NCBI GenBank assembly: GCA_030765805.1
Contig: JAVCDH010000111.1
Location: forward strand, 5,424 to 69,423
From: Candidatus Euphemobacter frigidus
GTDB lineage: Bacteria > Auribacterota > Erginobacteria > Erginobacterales > Erginobacteraceae
Length of the DNA stretch: 64,000 bases
Reading direction: 5' to 3'
In this document: piece by piece, positions 20,212 through 28,500 of the stretch
How positions within the stretch are numbered: the stretch's first letter is position 1
Layout of the letters: each line of letters opens with the position of its first letter
Program-made: the position numbers and the translations under genes
The notes under the pieces: model-generated
What the model saw: the letters and a program-made list of their open reading frames with translations, nothing else
Told to the model about the DNA's origin: nothing
The model's database searches: none

Positions 20212-20254
20212 CTTAGAGGTCCAGTTTTAACCCTAAAACTGGACCTCTAAGCCC
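20212..20254 (-). terminator. perfect 17-20-bp stem hairpin (cttagaggtccagtttt/aaaactggacctctaag) downstream of pckG; REP-like element copy and possible terminator
   Basis: Perfect palindrome read from the sequence, located 45 nt beyond the pckG stop on the minus strand. Confidence 0.35.
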
Positions 20255-20298
20255 TGTGAGAGGCCGTAAATATATGTTACCTGTTTGTATATAGTGCG

Positions 20299-22206
20299 TT
20301 ACGTAGGTCCGACCCCAACGAACAACGAAAATGGGGAGATATAGTCTCCGTGCTCGGCCCTGGCCTCCTCCAACCTTCTCTTCTGCTCCTCGAAGACCCG
20401 ATAAAATATCTCCGGGGGGGGTACCTCTTCATCGTTATAAATCTTGAGCATCCTCTCGATCTTGGCCAGGCACTCCGGAACCCGGATCTTAAACTGCTCG
20501 ATGTAATCTTCTTCGGAGTAATCCTTATCCAGCACTTCCCGGAAGAGACGCTTCAGATCCGGATAGCGGGGGATGTATCCGGTGGGAGACTGGATCATCT
20601 CCAGGTCGTTATTTATCGATAGTTCCATCCACTTCAGCCAGACTCGCTTATCTTCATGGCCGTTCAGGTACTCACCGTCACCGCCCCGGAGGAAGTAGTT
20701 AACGGAGAAGATGACCGGCGGCTTACTGAGCCTTTCTCCGAAAGCGAGGTATTTCTTAACGTAATCAGACAGGGAGACGGGCAAGAAATCCAGATTCGAC
20801 ATAATGTTGAACTTCCTCACCCCCTCCTCCCCGAGGGTGGCGGCGGTGGTCTCCGACTCGATAGCCGCGCCCTTGGTAATAACCCCGTGGTTCCAATCAA
20901 AAGCTCTCTCGACCGGTACCCAGGTATCGGAGTCCCGGCCTCCGTAAAGGATGCCGCCCAGTTCCACACCGTTGGGATCGTCTCCCAGAGGATCGCGGTT
21001 GCTGAGCCGGGAGAGACTGACCGTATAGCGGGCGTTCTTATGGGCGCAGGGGATCGGCTTGCCTTCTTCATCAGTTTTCCCCTTCTGCCAGCGGCCGGAA
21101 AAATTGGTTCCCCGTTCTGGGGTCTCCCGCCCGTCTCCCAGCCAGTACGGCACTCCATCATCGGTGATGAGTACGTTGCTGAAGATCACCTCTCCGGGTG
21201 TCGTCAGGACATCCCAGATCACCGGATCATCTTTCCGGCTGACATCCCGGATGATCCCGAATATCCCCGCCTCCACGTTGGCGGCGAAACATCTCCCCCC
21301 CCTCTCTCGCAGGTAGGCTATATCATCCCCCACGATCGTCTCCCCGGCGCACATGGCGGTGGAGGTCTTCCCGCAGGCGCTGGGAAATGCGCCGGAGAAA
21401 TAAGTCACCCTCTCCCCCGGTCCGTGGACCCCCATCAGGAGCATATGCTCGGACAGCCATCCTTGACGTAAGGCCCTCCGGATGGCAAGGCGGAGGGCCG
21501 GTTTCTTTAAGCCGATCGTATTGCCGGCATACTGGGTATTGGTGCTGAAGACGATGTCCTCTTCGAGATCGATGTAGATCCGCCTACCATCGACGTCCGC
21601 GCTGACATTATCTTCCAGTCTTCCGGCGCTGTGAATGAACCGGAAGAAATCGACGGCATCACCGATGCTCTGGAAATAATCGTATCCCTTCCGGTAGAGA
21701 ATAGTCTCGGAGTGGGCCACATAGCTGGAATCGGTGATCTGGACGCAGGGGATGGAGAACCCGGAGAAGGTCGGTCCAAGACAGAAGAAGAGAATAAGCG
21801 CTTCCTTCCCCCGCATACTGTCTCTCAGTAGATCCTCTACTTCCTTCAACCCGGCCGCCTTTTCGATTGAGTTGATCCGGGAGCCCAGGTCCACCCCGGG
21901 AGGGAGAAGATATTTGGTCCGGGCCTTGTCCCGGGCCTGATCACCGGGACCGTCAAAGTGGATGGTATGGCCCTCAATGGCAAGCTCTCTCTCTTCGTCA
22001 GCCTTTAGAGCCAGACTACGGATGTACGCCGTATTCTTCTCGGAGTCGTCGGCCACATAGACGGAATCGGGATTACAAAGCTCCAGGTAATGAGCGACGA
22101 ATTCGTGCATCTTCGGATTGGCCAGGATCATTAATCTCTCGAAACCGGCGGGCGTACATTTTTCTTTTAGAATCTCAGGTGCAGACTTCACGTTGTTTCT
22201 CTCCAA
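20299..22206 (-). CDS. pckG: phosphoenolpyruvate carboxykinase (GTP)
   Basis: Kinase-1a motif GAFPSACGKTS. 635 aa, the typical GTP-PEPCK length. Overall collinearity with PckG. Confidence 0.95.
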   Translation of the reverse strand: MERNNVKSAPEILKEKCTPAGFERLMILANPKMHEFVAHYLELCNPDSVYVADDSEKNTAYIRSLALKADEERELAIEGHTIHFDGPGDQARDKARTKYLLPPGVDLGSRINSIEKAAGLKEVEDLLRDSMRGKEALILFFCLGPTFSGFSIPCVQITDSSYVAHSETILYRKGYDYFQSIGDAVDFFRFIHSAGRLEDNVSADVDGRRIYIDLEEDIVFSTNTQYAGNTIGLKKPALRLAIRRALRQGWLSEHMLLMGVHGPGERVTYFSGAFPSACGKTSTAMCAGETIVGDDIAYLRERGGRCFAANVEAGIFGIIRDVSRKDDPVIWDVLTTPGEVIFSNVLITDDGVPYWLGDGRETPERGTNFSGRWQKGKTDEEGKPIPCAHKNARYTVSLSRLSNRDPLGDDPNGVELGGILYGGRDSDTWVPVERAFDWNHGVITKGAAIESETTAATLGEEGVRKFNIMSNLDFLPVSLSDYVKKYLAFGERLSKPPVIFSVNYFLRGGDGEYLNGHEDKRVWLKWMELSINNDLEMIQSPTGYIPRYPDLKRLFREVLDKDYSEEDYIEQFKIRVPECLAKIERMLKIYNDEEVPPPEIFYRVFEEQKRRLEEARAEHGDYISPFSLFVGVGPT

Positions 22207-22281
22207 TAATTTTAAGATAGTTATACGGGAGATATCCGATCTCTGTATAGTGAAATTTTATAGAAGAGATATATAGCCCGG

Positions 22282-23679
22282 TTAGATTAAAATTATCCGG
22301 CCGGCCAGGACTTCCCGCAGGCGGGGAACCACGATCGGGATATCCTCGCGTTTCTTCACCGGGAAGAACCGGCCGGATGTCTTCACCGCCAGAGGCTTCA
22401 GGAGTCGGGTGAGGTCTCCCTGGAGACGCTCGAACTGTACGACCGGCAGAACGGTCTCTTGCTCATCGGCCACCTGCTTCAATTCCTTGATCGCCACGTA
22501 GACGGGCAATCGGTCGGTCACTCTCCTTACTTTCTCCACCAGATCTTTCTGGACCAGGTTTTCCAGCTCTTCCCGGTTAATATCGAACAACTGGAGCAGC
22601 GTCTTCACGGATATCGTATAGGCGGCGTTATTGAACTCGGGGATCCGGTCCTGATCGAAATCCAGAGGAAAGGCGAACTCCTCGATCAACTGGGTCCATT
22701 CTTTTCCCCGGACCGGGTCATAGACCCGGGCGAGGGCTCCCCCCTTCTGGCCAGGTGGCTTGGTGGAGACCTCACAGAGAATCCGGATCCCTTCGTCGTG
22801 TCGGAAGGAGAGGAGCCCCGGGAGGACCGGATCGACCAGCGCTCCCAGGTTGTCGATGTTGGAGATCATGATGTATTCCACACCCAGTTTCAACATTTTG
22901 AGGAGCGGGCGGCTCCGGTCCAGAACCAGCCAGAGGGTGGTATCAAGGTGCCCGGGAGGATTATACCGCTTCTTCTCATCCATCGCCTCGATCTCGTCTC
23001 CCGTCCGGCCGCGGAGCTCTTCTATCCAGCCGGCAAGATCGTCTTCGAGAAGCCGTTTCTCCTCTGATAGTGCCTCCCGATCGGCACCGGGAGAAACAGA
23101 GTCGATCTTCCTGGTCAGCCTGGTGATCCTCTTGCCGTAATGGAGTTTCAGATCCGCCTCCGAGGGGATAATTCGTTTCATGATCCCCTGGCAATAGGTA
23201 AAGAGATCGGCCGAGCCGAAATTTTCGTTCTCCCGCAGGATGGCCTTCGTTCTCTCCTCGGTAAAGTAGCTGTTGAGAATCCAGACCGGGATCGCGCCCC
23301 CGAACTCCCGCTCGGCAAACCGGGCATTGGCCAGCTTCAGTTCCATGAAACTGCGCGGACGCCCCTCCATTTCCATGATCGGGAAGGCTCCTTTGGGCAG
23401 GCTCTCCCCCGGCTTCTGAAACCGGGTGGCGGCCCCCCCGTTCATGAAGATGAGGCCGAGTTTTCCCTGCGCGATTATCTCTCTCCCCCGCTCGTACTCT
23501 TCACTCCGGGTTGAGGGGAAATCAGTGCTGTCGGTGGGGAGAGGAAGCCGGACTTCCCAGGGATTATCGTGATTGATCACGTTGCTCCGGAGGCTGAGCC
23601 GGCCTTCGCGGTACTCCTCCTGGAGATAGAGGAATTCACCTTTGTTAAAGCCATATCTTTTGAGCAAGTTTTCCTTCAT
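22282..23679 (-). CDS. UDPGP-family sugar-nucleotide pyrophosphorylase (UTP-glucose-1-phosphate uridylyltransferase / UDP-sugar pyrophosphorylase-like)
   Basis: Nucleotide-binding loop LGLIFMNGGAATRF (compare LNGGLGTxMG). 465 aa, eukaryotic-type UDPGP length. Confidence 0.65.
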   Translation of the reverse strand: MKENLLKRYGFNKGEFLYLQEEYREGRLSLRSNVINHDNPWEVRLPLPTDSTDFPSTRSEEYERGREIIAQGKLGLIFMNGGAATRFQKPGESLPKGAFPIMEMEGRPRSFMELKLANARFAEREFGGAIPVWILNSYFTEERTKAILRENENFGSADLFTYCQGIMKRIIPSEADLKLHYGKRITRLTRKIDSVSPGADREALSEEKRLLEDDLAGWIEELRGRTGDEIEAMDEKKRYNPPGHLDTTLWLVLDRSRPLLKMLKLGVEYIMISNIDNLGALVDPVLPGLLSFRHDEGIRILCEVSTKPPGQKGGALARVYDPVRGKEWTQLIEEFAFPLDFDQDRIPEFNNAAYTISVKTLLQLFDINREELENLVQKDLVEKVRRVTDRLPVYVAIKELKQVADEQETVLPVVQFERLQGDLTRLLKPLAVKTSGRFFPVKKREDIPIVVPRLREVLAGRIILI

Positions 23680-23729
23680 CTAATCCTCCAAGCTAATAAT
23701 ACAAAAACGGTACAACGTGTTTTGTATCA

Positions 23730-24434
23730 TTAGGTGAATTTTAATTTCCAGACTCGGAAAAGGTAGGTGATGAGCACCAAGGAGTTGAGCTTGGAGACAT
23801 CCCGCTCCCTCCGGCGAAAGACAATCGGAAGCTCCACGATCCGGAGGCCGGCCCGGTGACAGCGGTAGAGCACCTCGGTGACGATGAAGGGGTCGGAAGC
23901 CCGCAGGGTCTCCGGTTTGAGCGCCTCCAGCGCCTTCCTTCGGAAGACGCGGTAGCCGGAGGTGGGATCGTTGACCGCGATCCCGAGGATGGTCCGGATA
24001 TAAGACCGAGCCCATCCGCTGATACAATCGCGGAACCATTGCCGGCCCTCCACCGCCCCTCCCGGTATGAACCGCGAGCCGATCACCAGATCGGCTTCGT
24101 CTCGGATGATCGGCTCCAGCAGACGGGGGAGCTCGGCGGGGTTGTGCGATCCGTCCCCGTCCATCTCCACGATACAGTCCGCGCCCAGGTCCAGGGCCCG
24201 GAGAAACCCCTCTCTTCCGGCCCACCCGCGGCCCCGCGGTCCGGGGCGGGAGATGAGATGAACTCTATGGTCGCGAACGGCAATCTTTTTGACAATCTCC
24301 CCGGTCCCATCCGGAGAATTATCATCGACAACCAGGATCTCACAATTATCCAGCGGAAGAGCGAGCAGTTCGGAGATCAGTGAATCGATACTGCCGGCCT
24401 CGTTATAGGTCGGAATCATGACAACGGTCTTCAT
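23730..24434 (-). CDS. GT2-family polyprenol-phosphate mannosyltransferase-like glycosyltransferase (DPM1/Ppm1-like)
   Basis: MIPTYNEAGSI...ILVVDDNSPDGT...VEMDGDGSHNP is the classic DPM-synthase-like GT2 signature. Start taken at MKTVVMIPTYNE (24434). It overlaps the upstream GT9 stop by 1 nt. Confidence 0.8.
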   Translation of the reverse strand: MKTVVMIPTYNEAGSIDSLISELLALPLDNCEILVVDDNSPDGTGEIVKKIAVRDHRVHLISRPGPRGRGWAGREGFLRALDLGADCIVEMDGDGSHNPAELPRLLEPIIRDEADLVIGSRFIPGGAVEGRQWFRDCISGWARSYIRTILGIAVNDPTSGYRVFRRKALEALKPETLRASDPFIVTEVLYRCHRAGLRIVELPIVFRRRERDVSKLNSLVLITYLFRVWKLKFT

Positions 24435-25546
24435 TATATAATTTTCTGAATAGCGTCGAAGACCATTTGCGGAGTAATACTCTCCATGCAGTTCGGCTTC
24501 ACATCGCAGTCGGGAAGATAACAGCATTGGCAGGGGACGGGCGCGACAATCTTCTCCCCCCGTCCGTAGAGCTCTATCTCCGCGGCGGAGGTCGGGCCGA
24601 AGAAGGCCACCACCTTCTTCCCCAGGCCGACCGCGGCATGGAGGGCCAGGGTGTCGGAGGTGACGAGGAGATCGGAGAGGCTCAGCCGGGCAAAGAACGT
24701 CCTCAGGTCGTTATGGCAGCCAGTATCAATGAAGATTCCCCCTCCCCGCTCCAACAGCCAGGCATTCCTCTCTTCTTCCGCCGGGCCCCCGTAGAGGAGA
24801 AGCCGCGCTTCCAACCTTTCCGCACACCGGCGTCCCAGTTCCAGGGTAGCTTCCCGGCTCCATTTTTTGTACTTCCACCGGCGACCGGCACCGGTATTAA
24901 AACCGATAACCGGCTTCTCCCGGCCCAATCGGGCCTCCTCGGCGAACAACTCGGCGCCGCGCATCTCTTCCGGCGTAAGCCTGAGCACGATCTCACCGAC
25001 GGGCGGCGGGAGCCCGACGATCTCGGCCATAATAGCCTGCGCGGTTTTACGGTTGGCTTTCTTCGCGTCGTCGAAGACGCTCATCCTCAGCCATTCCTCC
25101 GCCTCCGGGTTGCAGGTGGAAACGCGTCCCCGTTCATCCAGGGTGAACCCCTTCTTCTCGCCGGACCGCACCAGATTCTGGAGGGATGAACTGAGCGGGG
25201 AGGTGTCCAGATTAATAGAGAGATCAAAACTCTCGGCCAGACAACTTACCAATCCATCCGGCTGCAGGGGAAGTATCCGATCTACATAAGGATTATTAAG
25301 AAAAAGCGGCCGCGATTCCGCGGCGCTTATCCAGGTCAGGTGGCTATCGGGATATTTTTTCTGCAGGCCGGGCAGAATCGAGGTCGTCCGCAGCACATCC
25401 CCTACCGCGTCCAGTTTGATAACCAGTATCTTAATCGAGAACGGGGAGTAATGGGGACAGTCGGCGCATTTGACTCCCTCCCGCTTATGGAAGACGCAGG
25501 GCCGGTCTCCCCGGTAATAGCGGCAGTCTTGGTTAATTATGTCCAT
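24434..25546 (-). CDS. GT9-family (heptosyltransferase-like) glycosyltransferase with Cys-rich N- and C-terminal extensions
   Basis: LVIKLDAVGDVLRTTSILPGLQKKYP...LTWI matches the GT9 N-domain. The N-terminal CRYYRGDRPCVFHKREGVKCADCPH and C-terminal PVPCQCCYLPDCDVKPNC clusters are not usual for RfaC/RfaF. Confidence 0.7.
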   Translation of the reverse strand: MDIINQDCRYYRGDRPCVFHKREGVKCADCPHYSPFSIKILVIKLDAVGDVLRTTSILPGLQKKYPDSHLTWISAAESRPLFLNNPYVDRILPLQPDGLVSCLAESFDLSINLDTSPLSSSLQNLVRSGEKKGFTLDERGRVSTCNPEAEEWLRMSVFDDAKKANRKTAQAIMAEIVGLPPPVGEIVLRLTPEEMRGAELFAEEARLGREKPVIGFNTGAGRRWKYKKWSREATLELGRRCAERLEARLLLYGGPAEEERNAWLLERGGGIFIDTGCHNDLRTFFARLSLSDLLVTSDTLALHAAVGLGKKVVAFFGPTSAAEIELYGRGEKIVAPVPCQCCYLPDCDVKPNCMESITPQMVFDAIQKII

Positions 25547-25581
25547 TAACTTTATTCCGTAATTTCTAACTGAAATAGCGG

Positions 25582-28500
25582 CTACAACCCCCGGAAGATA
25601 GTGGTGATGGTCCCGGGGGCGGAGCGGTAAAGTTTTACCTCCCGGTCAGGGTCGCCGGAGTAGCACCACCGGTGGACGGGATTCGGGTCCGACCAGCTGG
25701 TCCGGTCCCGATGGGTGGCCCGCTCGACGCCTGCCCAGGTCACCTGCAGGCTGGTCCCGTTCACATCCAAGACCACGCCGTTACCCCGCCATTGGGGGAT
25801 CCCCTGGAAGTGCCAGTAAACACTCCCCCGCCGGGAGAGAGTGTCTTTTACCTCGATCCGGCGGTCCCCCTGCTTATAGAGAGTGATCTCCCTGGTCCAG
25901 GTCTTCTTCCCATCCTTAAGTCGGGTAACGCTGCGGGAAAACTTCTCGTTGTTCACCCAGCTTACAAGCTGCGCCGAGGAATATTTTCCCAGGATATCGG
26001 AGATATTGGCTTTTGTCTTGCCGTGGTTAAAGAAGGTCATGGTCAATCCGGTCATGAACTCTTCCGGCCCGTAAGAGAGACTGACAATGTTGTTGGCAAA
26101 GCCGCACTTTCCCGACTTGGCGGCCGGATAAGCCGGGTCCAGCATCAGGAAGAGGGCGTTATCCTCCCAGCCGGTACGGTGAATGATCTTGTCGAGCTGG
26201 ATCTTGAAGGATTTCAGGCTCTCGTCATAGCCATCGGCGATGCTCTTCTTGATCGCCATCGGCCGGTAGATGGCCCGGCTGCCGGTGCGGGCGAGACCGG
26301 GGCGCTGGGGCTGAAGTCCTTCGTTCAGATACCAGTAAAGATAAAGCGGGTTGAGGAGGATCGCGAACGGCCCCCACTGGGGGGCCTCATAGCCGTAGGT
26401 GTTGCGGCCGAAGTCGCCGACCCGGTGGGTCGTCCCGTAGCCGAACATCTCCTGGAGGAGCCACTTGGCCTCCCGGGCCAGCCGGATATGGTCGGGGTTG
26501 CCGTCATCGAGAACCGTGGTGGCCACGGCCAGGGGGGCCATGTAGTGATCGACGTAGTTCTGACGATAGTCCCGCCCATAGGCCGGGTTATAGCCGTTGT
26601 GGGGAAAGGTATCGATAATCCATTCCACCTGGCGGATAAAGTTGCTCTTCCAGGCCACTCCCCACTCGTCCAGATCCGGGATGGTCATCCGGTTGGAGTA
26701 GAGCGCCACCCGGAGCATCTCCCGGATGAAGAGCCCCTGGTAGTGGCGGGAGTTATACGGCAAGGTCCAGGTGTCGTCGTAGCTGAGGAGACGGTTGGCC
26801 CAGGAGATCATCTTGTCTCCCCGCTTGCCGCCGACGATATAACCGACTACGGCGTTGAGGCCGCAGACGATCCCCTGGGCATAGTTGCCGTGATTATAGA
26901 AGCCCCGTTTTTCGATCGCCAGCCGGTAGAACTTCTCTTCAATCTCTACCCGCTCTTCCTTGCTGAAGAACCCCTCACCCAGCATCGCCAGGTAGGCCTC
27001 GGCCACATCGGCGATGTAGCGACAGTGCTCCTCGCCCCCCCAGTCGAATTTCGTGTCCCGGATCAACTCCAGAAGCTTCTCCTTGAAGTATCTCCCGGTC
27101 GGTTTATAGCCGGTAACCAGGTATATAAACGCGGTGTTGGGGAGGTAGTCGTAGAGGGCATACTTCTTATCCACCTTGCTGAGATCCCATTCATAGATCT
27201 TGAAGTAATGACCATTCGCAAAATCGATCCAGTCGACGTAATCCTGGAGCCGGAGGTCCACATCGTAAGCGGAAGCCCCGGCAACGAGGCCGTAGGCGGA
27301 TCCGAGCGGCTGCTGGCTGTTCCTCGCGCCCGGTGTCCCGTAACTTCCGGAGGAGCCGTAGACCTTGCTGGTCGGCGCCGTGTTCCAGTTACCGGCGCTC
27401 CCGGGGATTGCCGGGTCGATCCGCTCCATCGAGTACCCCGGATCCCCCGCGAACCAATTGCCGGCGCAGTTGACCGTGTCCACGCTGGCGGCGCTTGAAT
27501 CCACCAGAACCAGATGGCCCCCGCTGCTGTTCATCTGCTTATTGAGATAGGTCATGTTGCCGATTGCACCGCTGGGAGAGTTGGTCGACAGGACAAAGTA
27601 CCCGCCGCCTGCAATCGAATAAGAGCTGGAGAACGATATAGGAGACCAGGCAGCGGAGTCATCCCTCAGCTTCCATCCGTCCAGGCTGACAGTGGAGGTT
27701 CCGTTATTATAAAGCTCGATCCACTGCTGGTCGGTACCGTCGAAAGTCCCACCCCAGGCGATCTCGTTGATGACCACATCCCCGGTGGTTCCGGGGGAAC
27801 CGGTGGGACCAGGGACCGCCGACGGCGTCGGAACCGGTGTCGGGGGCGGCGAGGGCGTGGTGAGGAGGATGTTGAAGAACTCAAGGTAGACCTTCTTGTA
27901 GGTCTCCTGGAGAAGCGGGTAGTTGAGTGTCTCCTTGTGCGGGTCATACGGCTCCGCCGGGGGCTTCCACTCGTAGACGGGTGGGGTGGGGTTCAGGACC
28001 GGGAACGCGTCCTCCTCGTCCCCGCCGGAGGGTGATCCCTCTCCTGAAGGGGTGGGACCCGGGATCCAGTCGGATGGATCCTTCGATGCCGGCGTCGGAG
28101 TCGTCACCACCTCGGCCCGGGATCCCGCGGGGGGGGCTTGCCAGACGTAGATGTTCCCGTCCCGGGCCGCCCCGAAGATCTGCTCCCCGTCGAGATAGAC
28201 CCACTGCATCGACTGCTTGGCCTCGTCGATCACTCCGTAGAGGCTCAGTCCCGGCTTCCGCCAGATGTAGATACCGTTATCGAGGCTCGACCCGTAGATA
28301 TAATTACCGCCGGAGACGACGGAAGTCACCTGGTTGAGGGGCTCGGCCAGGATCTTCTCCAAACGAAACGATCCATAATCCCAGAGGTAGATATTGCTGT
28401 CCGCTGAAGCTCCGTAGATGTAATCATTATCCGCCCGGACCGCGTTCAGGTCGTCGGTCGGGCCGGCCAGGATCTTTTTCAGGTTGAAGGTTGTCCGATC

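Larger units (their letters stand above)
19828..20318. mobile_element. degenerate IS200/IS605-family (RayT-like) transposase remnant flanked by REP-like hairpins (REPtron-like relic)
   Basis: Outer 21-bp inverted repeat gggtcggacctgcgtaac (19828-19848) matches 20298-20318, 20 of 21. An inner 20-bp element gggcttagaggtccagtttt at 19893-19912 has its exact reverse complement at 20235-20254. A short minus-strand ORF (20069-20198) begins MPRANRHHIPGFIWHL, resembling the MPRxxRxxxPGxxxHV N-terminus of Y1/RayT transposases but lacking the rest of the protein. Confidence 0.35.

Noticed and set aside
20036-20230. Plus-strand 64-aa ORF inside the REP/RayT-like relic, as a possible toxin/antitoxin or small protein
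   Set aside because: No motif and no SD. The minus-strand frame carries the transposase-like N-terminus, so the plus ORF is probably fortuitous.
20656-21471. 271-aa plus-strand ORF inside pckG, and similar long antisense ORFs (25672..27498, 11154..11963, 41122..42363, 12441..13037, 49410..50453)
   Set aside because: They lie antisense to strongly supported genes, have Arg/Gly/Pro-rich composition typical of high-GC antisense frames, and show no recognisable motifs.
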